The position numbers and the translations under genes were made by a program. From positions 32,001-96,000 of the IMG/VR virus record IMGVR_UViG_3300032334_001937: a DNA stretch of 64,000 bases; one strand, given 5' to 3'. This document shows, piece after piece, positions 56,029-63,992 of the stretch (positions are counted from its first letter, which is position 1; each line of letters begins with the position of its first letter). This stretch comes from a virus. The notes beneath the pieces were generated by a model, which was not told the DNA's origin, did no database searches, and saw only the letters and a list, made by a program, of their open reading frames with translations.

Positions 56029-57873
56029 TTATGCTAGTAGTGTTCCAACAACAGTTACTGTTGAAGTATTGTTAGTTGGTGTTACACGAAGTCGTACATT
56101 TGCTCCATCAACATCTGCTGTTATAGTTGATGATGAACCATTTGTTCCAACAATTGCGTATTCTGTGATAGCAATATTGTCAGATGTATCAAGTGTGATA
56201 AGAACTTCAGAAAGTTCTGTGTGTGTTCCGTATGCAGTTTTTACAAGGAACTTTGCTGAACGGTAATCTGCCTTAGCAAATGCATAAGCAGTAACTTGTG
56301 AACCACCTGTTGGAGCAGAAACAGTTGCTGCAATCTGCTTAGCAAGTGAGTTAACCTCAACTGCTGTAAAGTTTGGAACTACTGCTTCAAGAGCAGATAC
56401 TGCTCTCTCATTTGTAAAGTAAAGGTTTGTTGAACCTTCATCAAGGTCATCAGTATAAGAATCTGCTACACCGTTTTCTGCGGTAATAGTAAGTCCTGCA
56501 CCTGAGCCTGTGATTGTAATATTTGTGAGTGAGGCACTAGTCAAAAGATCTGCTGCTGAACTCTTAGCACGACCATCTGTGAAGTAGAGGTTGTCTTGTC
56601 CTTCTTCAATATCGTCTGTTGTTAGAAGATCAATCTGATCTCCAATTGTTCCGCCTACAGCGTCAATTGCTCTCTGGTTTGTGAAGTATAGGTTTGAACC
56701 TTCTTCAATGTCAGATGTTGTAAGAGCATTAATTTCATCATCTGTGTAGCCATTAGCATTTTGCTCTGCTGTTGCTGCTGCTCCAGCGATATCGTATGCT
56801 GCTGCGGTTGCGTCAAGTGCTCTTTGATTTGTGAAGTATAAGTTTGTGCCTTCTGCGACATCTGTAGTTGTTTGATCATCTACATAGGCCTTAGTTGCTG
56901 CATCTGTATTTGATGTAGGAGTTCCAAGACCAGTGATCTTGTTTGTTCCCATTGCAATAGCACCAGTCATTGTTCCGCCTGCAAGTGGAAGTTTATTTCC
57001 AATTGCTACTGCAAGACCCTGTGCATCTACGCTATCACCAATTGCTGCTGCTAACTCATTAAGAGTATCAAGAAGTTCTGGTGCACCATCTACAAGATCT
57101 GCAACTGCTGTTGCAATTCTATCTGTAACTGTATTTCCACCAGAACCATCAATTGTATTATCTCCAAGAAGAAGATCTGTGTAATCTTTTGCATCTTCAA
57201 GTGCTGTTGATGCTGCACCTAGTGCATCATAAGTACCTGCAAGGTTTAGGTCTGTAATTTCTTGACCAACATAAGCCTGTGTTGCAAGAATATCTGAGCC
57301 CCACTTAACAGAAGAACCTGCTGCTGGGGTAAGAACGATATGAGAATCAGAGTTGATTGTCATTGCTCCTGCGCCAGTGAAGTTAAGTGTATCTCCGATG
57401 GTCTTGTTTGTTAATGTTTGAGTATCTGTTGTACCAACTACGTTACCAGTTACACCGTGTGCTGATGTATCTGACATATGATCTGAAAGATCTGACGCTA
57501 CTGCACCTGCAGCACCTGCTGCATCGTATGCTGCTGATGTTGCATCAAGTGCACGTTGGTTTGTAAAGTACTGATTTGTACCTTCAGCAATGTCTGTAGT
57601 TGTAAGTGCATCTGCATAATCTTCTGCATCTGAAAGAGCCTGTGCTGCTGCACCAAAGTCATCAAATACTTCAGCCTTAACAGAAAGTTCTCCATTAATA
57701 ACTTGAAGTTGATCTGAATCTACAGATGTTACAAGTGTCTCTCCTCCGATGAGGTCAATAATGTACTGGTCAGAATCATCTTCTCTAAGAATATTCTTTC
57801 CGTTGATTGTACCTGTTGAACCTTCAACTACGAGTCCTGCTTTTACCTTAAAATCTTTTACTACTGTTGCCAT
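56029..57873 (-). CDS. fibre/decoration protein with TTDDIxEGxNLYFT repeats
   Basis: About five EGxxNxYFTNxRA repeats, APELLDTLNELAAA, AATKAYVD. Confidence 0.7.
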   Translation of the reverse strand: MATVVKDFKVKAGLVVEGSTGTINGKNILREDDSDQYIIDLIGGETLVTSVDSDQLQVINGELSVKAEVFDDFGAAAQALSDAEDYADALTTTDIAEGTNQYFTNQRALDATSAAYDAAGAAGAVASDLSDHMSDTSAHGVTGNVVGTTDTQTLTNKTIGDTLNFTGAGAMTINSDSHIVLTPAAGSSVKWGSDILATQAYVGQEITDLNLAGTYDALGAASTALEDAKDYTDLLLGDNTIDGSGGNTVTDRIATAVADLVDGAPELLDTLNELAAAIGDSVDAQGLAVAIGNKLPLAGGTMTGAIAMGTNKITGLGTPTSNTDAATKAYVDDQTTTDVAEGTNLYFTNQRALDATAAAYDIAGAAATAEQNANGYTDDEINALTTSDIEEGSNLYFTNQRAIDAVGGTIGDQIDLLTTDDIEEGQDNLYFTDGRAKSSAADLLTSASLTNITITGSGAGLTITAENGVADSYTDDLDEGSTNLYFTNERAVSALEAVVPNFTAVEVNSLAKQIAATVSAPTGGSQVTAYAFAKADYRSAKFLVKTAYGTHTELSEVLITLDTSDNIAITEYAIVGTNGSSSTITADVDGANVRLRVTPTNNTSTVTVVGTLLA

Positions 57874-57888
57874 TTTTATCTCCTTTAA

Positions 57889-58335
57889 TTAAGCCTTCAA
57901 CCCAATACGTGCATAACGTAGGGTGATAGGGGTTATTCCTTGGGCTGGTGTAACAGTGAGGGCAACCGTGTTACTAACCCTGGAGACGCTAATGGTGCCA
58001 ATATTCCCATCGGTGTCTATTGTGCCATACTCGCTAACAGAAACATCTTCTCCGTCAATCAAGATGGTCATCTCTGTGGCGTAAAATTTATTATCACCAG
58101 CAGAAGTCTTTGCTATGGAGATAATGTACTTTACCATTCTCCATGTTGTTGCATCAAAATTATCAAACACAGTAACATTTGTAATGTCACTAATTGTGTT
58201 ATCGTTGTTACCAGATGAACCAAGATTAGTTGCTTGTCCAGCGGTAGAATCAATTAAATCTACGTAATCTTCCTGAGTAGGACGATCACCAGTTTGAAAC
58301 TTAGTCTTTACGTTTGTGAGCGATGTGTAGGCCAT
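57889..58335 (-). CDS. virion structural protein
   Basis: KFQTGDRPTQEDYVDLIDS N terminus; C-domain similar to the end of 56029..57873. Confidence 0.6.
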   Translation of the reverse strand: MAYTSLTNVKTKFQTGDRPTQEDYVDLIDSTAGQATNLGSSGNNDNTISDITNVTVFDNFDATTWRMVKYIISIAKTSAGDNKFYATEMTILIDGEDVSVSEYGTIDTDGNIGTISVSRVSNTVALTVTPAQGITPITLRYARIGLKA

Positions 58336-58356
58336 GTATGAATTATATCACGTATT

Positions 58357-58581
58357 TTAAAGTATATAGTTAGAAAAGCCAATAATCTGAATACCAATTC
58401 CAGGGATATTATTTATATCGTGACCTGGGATTTGAATGTTTGTTAAACGAATTCTATATGGAAGAGTATCGTTAATTATTGAAAGCCTTGTAGGGCTAGA
58501 GATGAAGGTTTTGTGTTCTCTTACTTCTTCAACTACTCTAGTAATTACAGGGTTTTTAGTAGTAATTACTGTTGTTGCCAT
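58357..58581 (-). CDS. hypothetical small protein
   Basis: 74-aa ORF coupled to the upstream gene. Confidence 0.55.
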   Translation of the reverse strand: MATTVITTKNPVITRVVEEVREHKTFISSPTRLSIINDTLPYRIRLTNIQIPGHDINNIPGIGIQIIGFSNYIL

Positions 58582-59003
58582 TAGTCAGTTACATCCTCAA
58601 GAACTATTACTCGTCCTTGCGCTACCGTCCAAACAATTTCATCTTGTGGAAGAGAAAGTTGAATATCAAAAATATCATTAGTACGCAATGTATAAGTTTC
58701 TGCTGCTGTTAAAGAAACAGTAAACTCTCCTGCACCATCGCCTGCGCCTGGAGCTGGAATTTTAGCCATGATTGTTGTTGCCGTATCTGTAATAAAACCT
58801 GGAACTACTGGATCTGTTGTGGGTCTTTTAATTTTCATACGAATAGTCCAGTCAGCAATAATCAGGGGATCTAGATTATCATCTGTTACATAAACACGAA
58901 ATGCTGCTGTATCACCTTTAACAAAAGTCCATTCAACTTTTGGAGGTGTTGCTCCAACGCTATATTGAGTCTTTTGAACTAATTGGTCTCTATAAGTTGC
59001 CAT
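58581..59003 (-). CDS. BppU-N/Ig-like structural protein
   Basis: VKGDTAAFRVYV...FDIQL...GRVIVLEDVT; paralog of 60580..60975. Confidence 0.55.
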   Translation of the reverse strand: MATYRDQLVQKTQYSVGATPPKVEWTFVKGDTAAFRVYVTDDNLDPLIIADWTIRMKIKRPTTDPVVPGFITDTATTIMAKIPAPGAGDGAGEFTVSLTAAETYTLRTNDIFDIQLSLPQDEIVWTVAQGRVIVLEDVTD

Positions 59004-59087
59004 AGTTCTTTTATTATATCATAATAAGTAATAATACATTTTGTTATCAAATCGTTATAAAGATAATGGACAAAACGGACATTAAAG

Positions 59088-59116
59088 TTGTACTAGGTAG
59101 TAGATTATGTTATACT
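59088..59116 (+). promoter_or_regulatory. sigma70-type promoter for the transglycosylase gene
   Basis: TTGTAC-17 nt-TATACT with extended TG; 5' hairpin ATGAGACC/GGTCTCAT at 59122-59143; SD AGGAGGT. Confidence 0.7.
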
Positions 59117-59166
59117 AGATTATGAGACCAATCAAGGTCTCATTCGTTTCTTAGGAGGTAAAAACT

Positions 59167-59721
59167 ATGAGAGAAACTAAAGCGTGGTTAGGGGTAATGT
59201 TATTGGTGGTGTCGTCTGCTGTGTTTGCAAATAATGCAAATGCAGAAAGTCTTACTACTAAAAATAATTTACTAAACAAATCAGCTCAGAATCAGAATAC
59301 CGCCCACAAAGCGGTTTTTTTCGTTTCTAGAGCAGAAATGTTAAAAAAGTATGAGAATAAGCCAGTTCTTTCAGACAGAGATTTGGCTTTGATGCTAAAG
59401 GCAGTAGGGTTTAAAGGCCAGGACTTGAAAGAGGCTTGGGCAGTAGCAAAGAAAGAGTCTAATGGGCAACCAATCAGATTCAATGGAAACACAAAAACAG
59501 GAGATAGTTCTTATGGGCTATTTCAGATCAACATGATTAGCGATCTAGGTCCAGAGCGTCGTGATAAGTTTAACCTTGACACAAACTTTGACTTATTGAA
59601 TCCTGTCGTTAATGCAAAAATTGCATACCATATGAGCAATGGTGGTAAGAACTGGTCTGCTTGGCATGGCATAACAGCCAAAACCAAGATGTGGATAAAG
59701 AAGTTCCCGCATAACATTTAA
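59167..59721 (+). CDS. signal-peptide lytic transglycosylase (SLT/lysozyme-like)
   Basis: Sec signal ending ANA; AVAKKESN catalytic Glu, SYGLFQIN, NPVVNAKIA, WSAW. Confidence 0.8.
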   Translation: MRETKAWLGVMLLVVSSAVFANNANAESLTTKNNLLNKSAQNQNTAHKAVFFVSRAEMLKKYENKPVLSDRDLALMLKAVGFKGQDLKEAWAVAKKESNGQPIRFNGNTKTGDSSYGLFQINMISDLGPERRDKFNLDTNFDLLNPVVNAKIAYHMSNGGKNWSAWHGITAKTKMWIKKFPHNI

Positions 59722-59732
59722 ATAATAATAAG

Positions 59733-59769
59733 ATACCCCCTGAGCTATATGCTTGGGGGTATTTTTTTT
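59733..59769 (+). terminator. intrinsic terminator between convergent genes
   Basis: ATACCCCC...GGGGGTAT stem followed by a T tract. Confidence 0.8.
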
Positions 59770-60496
59770 ATGACACAGATATATAAAATGCTTTAATTTT
59801 TGCTTCGCAAGGATTATCTGTTCTTATTTGCGGTAAACCGCCAAAAGACTGAAACTCTGAATTATTTATAAAAAGAGTATGTTCTGCAGAAAAATCATAT
59901 TCGTACTGGTACTTAAAAGAACCAATAAAAGAAGTAGGAGAAACTTCTTCATCACTTAACAGTGTTCTCATCCAAACCTCTGTATTATTTGAATATGTAG
60001 TCAATTTTATATCATAACGAATTGTTACAATTGCTCCGATATTAAGGTTTTTAAAATTTATTTTTTGTGCTACTTTGTTCCAAAGCGAAACATGACCTTT
60101 TGGCAAAAATAACTCATTTGTATTTTTTCCTTCTGCATCAACTAAAAGACTTACCCAACCATCTTCTCCTTGATCAATTCCAGTTCTTTGATCTTTAGTT
60201 CTTTTATTTTCATAATAACCCCAGCCAATTTGTTGACCTGAAGGAGATAGTACGCTAGCACCATCTTTGCCATCTTTACCATTTTTTCCATCTTTACCAG
60301 AATCACCTTTATCGCCTTTTGTGCCCTGGTCTCCTTGATCACCCTTATCTCCTTTTGGTCCCGCTGGTCCTTGAGGGCCTTGTGGTCCAGGCACAGGAAG
60401 AAAGGATAGGGTATTGTCTTGGTATTGAGATTGCTCTACTTGTGCAGCATAGTTAGATTTCTTGTATGGCCCATCCATGCTTTTAGATATAGCCAT
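59768..60496 (-). CDS. collagen-like (Gly-X-Y) fibre protein
   Basis: GPQGPQGPAGPKGDKGDQGDQGTKGDKGDSGKDGKNGKDGKDG followed by a globular C-domain. Confidence 0.8.
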   Translation of the reverse strand: MAISKSMDGPYKKSNYAAQVEQSQYQDNTLSFLPVPGPQGPQGPAGPKGDKGDQGDQGTKGDKGDSGKDGKNGKDGKDGASVLSPSGQQIGWGYYENKRTKDQRTGIDQGEDGWVSLLVDAEGKNTNELFLPKGHVSLWNKVAQKINFKNLNIGAIVTIRYDIKLTTYSNNTEVWMRTLLSDEEVSPTSFIGSFKYQYEYDFSAEHTLFINNSEFQSFGGLPQIRTDNPCEAKIKAFYISVS

Positions 60497-60499
60497 GAG

Positions 60500-60583
60500 T
60501 TACTTCTTTACTTTAAAAATAGTCCCATTAATTTTAATAATTGGTGGGAGTTTAGTATTTTTGTCATTAATTTTAATTATCAT
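60500..60583 (-). CDS. 27-aa basic peptide (below ORF-track cutoff)
   Basis: Read manually: MIIKINDKNTKLPPIIKINGTIFKVKK; ATGA overlap with the upstream stop and a GGAGG SD. Confidence 0.45.
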   Translation of the reverse strand: MIIKINDKNTKLPPIIKINGTIFKVKK

Positions 60584-60975
60584 AAACTTCCTCCAGGTGT
60601 AACATCTCCAAGAACACAAATTGTTCCGATTACTGGTGTCCAAGTAATTGTTGAACTACCATCTGGAACCACTGCCTGAAGGTCAAAAGAAAGCTCTGCT
60701 ACTACTGATTTATATTTTGTTCCCCAGTTTGCTGTTACTGAAGCTGGTGCTGTAACTGTAACTACGCTTCCATCAGCTGTTACTGTAAGGTCATCTAAAA
60801 GGTCTGCAATGGGGTCATAGGCCGTTGCTGAATATGTCCAACCCACTGTGTCAAATTCTGTAACTTCGTCGTTTTCAAGAAGAGAAACGGTAAATGAAGC
60901 AGAGTCACCACGAACTACAGTCCACTGAATATTTGCTGGTGTAGCGCCAAATTTCTCTATTGTTGGTGAGCACAT
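60580..60975 (-). CDS. BppU-N/Ig-like structural protein
   Basis: GATPANIQWTVVRGDSASF...FDLQ...GTICVLGDVT; paralog of 58581..59003; leaderless start. Confidence 0.55.
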   Translation of the reverse strand: MCSPTIEKFGATPANIQWTVVRGDSASFTVSLLENDEVTEFDTVGWTYSATAYDPIADLLDDLTVTADGSVVTVTAPASVTANWGTKYKSVVAELSFDLQAVVPDGSSTITWTPVIGTICVLGDVTPGGSL

Positions 60976-60994
60976 ATCATTGATTATACCATAA

Positions 60995-61055
60995 TAAATA
61001 GGACTGACCCCTAGGGGCAGTGGGGTGGGTAGAGAGCAACCTAGGGGTCAATCAT
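60995..61055 (-). ncRNA. candidate small hairpin RNA / terminator with C-rich loop
   Basis: 14-bp stem (61002-61015 / 61040-61053) with a G-U pair only on the minus strand; TGTTATAAT at 61069-61061; U-rich 3' end. Confidence 0.4.
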
Positions 61056-61322
61056 TATAAATTATAACATTCATTTATAAAATAGTTATTAAGCATCGTC
61101 CCCAGTATATTAATTAGTAACAAAAAGTTATAATTGGGAATTTTAAAATATAAAGCCAGAGTGTATTGAAATTGTTATCAAAGAGTTATAAAGAGTTATA
61201 TACCAAATGTCCATTTTGTCTCAATAAGCCAGAGTACTGATAGTGTATACTTAAAATATATAAAGAAAAGAAATAACTAACTAGTAAGGTTTTTAAGATA
61301 TCTTATATATTATATATAGTAG

Positions 61323-61607
61323 TTATTTAGAACGAGCAATATAATCAAGTAATACATCGTACATATGATCTAGTTTATCACTAGTTGCTTTACGTTTTTC
61401 TCTAGCATTTTCTTGCTCAAGTTTAATCTGCTTAATTTCATCACGCATTGAAGATCCGCCGTTAGTTTTGGTTTCCGATCTAATATCTTCTACCGCTTCT
61501 ACTATTGGCTTTACCTGGGCTTGAATATACCAACGAATTGATCCAACTACAATCGCTCCAATTGAAAGCAAAGCAAGAATGAATTGTGCCCAGTCTGTAG
61601 TGGTCAT
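61323..61607 (-). CDS. single-TM membrane protein with coiled coil (holin-like)
   Basis: N-terminal TM helix, NGGSSMRD motif common in actinophage membrane proteins. Confidence 0.55.
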   Translation of the reverse strand: MTTTDWAQFILALLSIGAIVVGSIRWYIQAQVKPIVEAVEDIRSETKTNGGSSMRDEIKQIKLEQENAREKRKATSDKLDHMYDVLLDYIARSK

Positions 61608-61762
61608 TATGAGATTATTATACCATTATTTGAGATTAGATAAATAAATATAAAGTTCGCCCGATTAGACTCCGCCGATTTTAAAAGTCGCCGAAATAGA
61701 GATATCAAACCACCCTTGTACAAACCCTGCATTAAAAATGCTATATGTACACATACTGGTAA

Positions 61763-61791
61763 TTGACTTTTAAAAGGGTTTGCGCTACAAT
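61763..61791 (+). promoter_or_regulatory. sigma70-type leaderless promoter
   Basis: TTGACT-17 nt-TACAAT, 6 nt before ATG 61798. Confidence 0.7.
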
Positions 61792-61797
61792 TGAGTA

Positions 61798-62394
61798 ATG
61801 GTAGATAGCATCAAAGATACACTTAAACTTTTTTTACTGAGCAAATTACGCTTACATCACATGCTATACCGACTACCTGCTATTTCTGAATTTTTAGAAG
61901 AACTTATATCCGAAGCCTTGCAGGAAAACGGATACCCTAATGACTGGAAGCCTAATCGCTCACATGCTGTTTCAAAGGATCTTACACTAGATACTGGCAA
62001 ATCGTTTTCAATTAAGTCGGGGATTTATGATCCAAAAAAGAAGACCCTAAAATTTTCGGGGAGTAGATTAGGAAAACACAACACAATAGAAGCTATGGTA
62101 GAAAGTATAGAGGCAACACACGCAGACTTCTACATATGCCTTGCAAAAGCCTCTGAAGACTGGTCTAGCATCCCAGGAAAGGCAGACCCTAAGACGTACT
62201 ACCTATTTGTCTTTGAATCTGGTAAAATTGATTACAGCGGGGTTTGGGGAGTATCCGAATCCAAGAAGGGTGGTTTTAAATACGTGATTGACAAACCAGG
62301 TTTTCATGCAAAGATTGCACCTTCCATGTCATATCAACTCTGGACTACTGTGGATACATCTATTATTGGCGAACCAGAGAAGTTGATTGTATGA
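61798..62394 (+). CDS. putative PD-(D/E)xK restriction-endonuclease-like protein
   Basis: EFLEELI...SKDL...SFSIKSG resembles the E...D...x-I-K nuclease core. Confidence 0.45.
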   Translation: MVDSIKDTLKLFLLSKLRLHHMLYRLPAISEFLEELISEALQENGYPNDWKPNRSHAVSKDLTLDTGKSFSIKSGIYDPKKKTLKFSGSRLGKHNTIEAMVESIEATHADFYICLAKASEDWSSIPGKADPKTYYLFVFESGKIDYSGVWGVSESKKGGFKYVIDKPGFHAKIAPSMSYQLWTTVDTSIIGEPEKLIV

Positions 62395-62588
62395 GTGATG
62401 TAAGTTTTGGTGATTGGCTTAAACCTTCTACGCCTAGAGCCAGTGAGGATCTCATTGAATCCCGCTTTAAAATTTGCTCTGAGTGTGAGTTTTTTAAGAA
62501 GAATGGATCCCGCTGCAAATTGTGCCATTGCTTTATGAAGCTTAAAACCGAACTATTACATGCTAGGTGTCCAATAGGCAAATGGTAA
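62391..62588 (+). CDS. six-Cys small protein (DUF6171-like)
   Basis: RFKICSECEFF...CKLCHCFM.LKT.L..ARCPIGKW; paralog of 12447..12662. Confidence 0.65.
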   Translation: MSDVSFGDWLKPSTPRASEDLIESRFKICSECEFFKKNGSRCKLCHCFMKLKTELLHARCPIGKW

Positions 62589-63127
62589 TTGATACTGGCT
62601 ATTTTGGAACTTCTTCTAATAAGATACTTAAGATTGATAGCATTGCGTCTAAAGACGAGTTGGATTTTATTGTATCTTCCGTTGCAAATATAGACGTTTG
62701 GGATATTGATAATCAGCCAGATGTTTGGACAAATAGAGTAAGCGATCCAGATAAACTGTTTGAGCATGCAAACCAAGCATATGCGTTAATTGAAGAAATA
62801 CAATTAAGGTTTATGGATGAAGTAACAAAATTTTATAATGTAAAAGTTGAAGACCCTAGACCATCAATTGCTAGATGGTTTGTCGGAAACTCACAAGAAC
62901 CTCATGCGGATAAAACACACTATCCAGACTATGATATTGGATCTGTCATTTATTTAAATAATGAGTATGAAGGTGGTGAGATTTACTTCCCCCAGCATAA
63001 TATAGAGCTTAGGCCAAGCGCAGGAAATGCTATTGCCTTTCCAGGAGATGAGTATTATATGCATGGCGTTAGAGAGATTGTTTCTGGATTTAGGTATACC
63101 CTGCCTATTTTCTGGAAAGTTATATAA
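62567..63127 (+). CDS. 2OG-Fe(II) oxygenase, P4H-like (Arg type)
   Basis: PHADK...YLNNEYEGGEIYF...HGV...GFRYTLPIFW; close paralog of 46257..46931. Confidence 0.85.
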   Translation: MSNRQMVIDTGYFGTSSNKILKIDSIASKDELDFIVSSVANIDVWDIDNQPDVWTNRVSDPDKLFEHANQAYALIEEIQLRFMDEVTKFYNVKVEDPRPSIARWFVGNSQEPHADKTHYPDYDIGSVIYLNNEYEGGEIYFPQHNIELRPSAGNAIAFPGDEYYMHGVREIVSGFRYTLPIFWKVI

Positions 63128-63128
63128 T

Positions 63129-63332
63129 ATGGCTAGAGACTGGCAAAATAAAGACTGGCTTACAAACCAGTATATTACTATGGGACGTAGCGTAGCATGG
63201 ATAGCAGATAGTGTTAATGTTCATTCAGATATGATTAGGTTTTATTTAGATCAATTTTCTATCTACCGTCCTCTGCAAAAATGCAAACATGGTATGATTA
63301 TATGTGAAATATGTAACACTAAAAATTTATAA
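63129..63332 (+). CDS. small HTH protein with C-terminal CxH..CxxC
   Basis: Likely start MARDWQNKDWL; similar to 180..335. Confidence 0.55.
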   Translation: MARDWQNKDWLTNQYITMGRSVAWIADSVNVHSDMIRFYLDQFSIYRPLQKCKHGMIICEICNTKNL

Positions 63333-63349
63333 CAGAAAGTGAGTTAAAT

Positions 63350-63535
63350 ATGAATAAGCAAGAAACCGTAGAGTTTATGGTCAAGAATATTAGCGAAACC
63401 AATAGAATGTTTTGCGAACAAGGTGGAATGGATAAGGCTGAGATTGATAAGATGACTGAAGCTAGTATCCCATCGCTAAATATGATCTGCGATGTTTTGT
63501 ACGATAATATGAAGAAGGAGAACCTAATTGCCTAA
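63350..63535 (+). CDS. hypothetical protein
   Basis: 61-aa ORF in the plus-strand operon. Confidence 0.55.
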   Translation: MNKQETVEFMVKNISETNRMFCEQGGMDKAEIDKMTEASIPSLNMICDVLYDNMKKENLIA

Positions 63536-63737
63536 GTATACATATAGAGTAATTTCAAATGTTGTAGAAGAAACATTTATCCAGAACGCTAACAAGACAA
63601 TCTATGAGATGCTTGGCGATGTTGATTTTGATAGCCTTGAGCTTGTAGTTACCACAAAGGATGAGTCAGAGGCAGAGAATGCCCGTAAGACTGTAACAGA
63701 TATCCGAATGTGGGAATTAGTCAAAACTGAAGACTAA
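63528..63737 (+). CDS. hypothetical protein
   Basis: 69-aa ORF with an AAGGAG SD before a TTG start. Confidence 0.55.
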   Translation: MPKYTYRVISNVVEETFIQNANKTIYEMLGDVDFDSLELVVTTKDESEAENARKTVTDIRMWELVKTED

Positions 63738-63740
63738 GGT

Positions 63741-63833
63741 TTATTCTAGGTCTGTATTTGCTTTTGATCTGTGAGAATCTGGACATGTGCATTCAGCACA
63801 GCATCTAACAGGTGCGGTTGTTTCGTTTGTCAT
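63741..63833 (-). CDS. 30-aa Cys-rich peptide (below ORF-track cutoff)
   Basis: Read manually: MTNETTAPVRCCAECTCPDSHRSKANTDLE; TGGTAAAAT 6 nt upstream of the ATG. Confidence 0.5.
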   Translation of the reverse strand: MTNETTAPVRCCAECTCPDSHRSKANTDLE

Positions 63834-63946
63834 GCTTCCATTTTACCACAAATCTGAAAAATTATATAAAAACTAGTTTTGAGAAAATCTGAATATTTTT
63901 GTCAGATGTATGATACATAAAAATAATACAAAAATACAAAAAGAAT

Positions 63947-63992
63947 AGTGAGCACACAAGCGTGATCCTGTGTGCCCACTTTTGTTTATTTT
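63947..63992 (+). terminator. hairpin with T tract (probable terminator)
   Basis: AGTGAGCACACA...TGTGTGCCCACT followed by TTTGTTTATTTT. Confidence 0.55.

Noticed and set aside
15912-57184. Long plus-strand ORFs antisense to structural genes (e.g. 15912..16490, 29017..29412, 36988..37401, 37855..38475, 52907..53308, 53918..54334)
   Set aside because: Shadow ORFs from codon bias of the real minus-strand genes; no start signals or recognisable motifs
59117-59166. Riboswitch (e.g. c-di-AMP) upstream of the transglycosylase
   Set aside because: The leader is only about 45 nt with a single 8-bp hairpin, too short for such an aptamer
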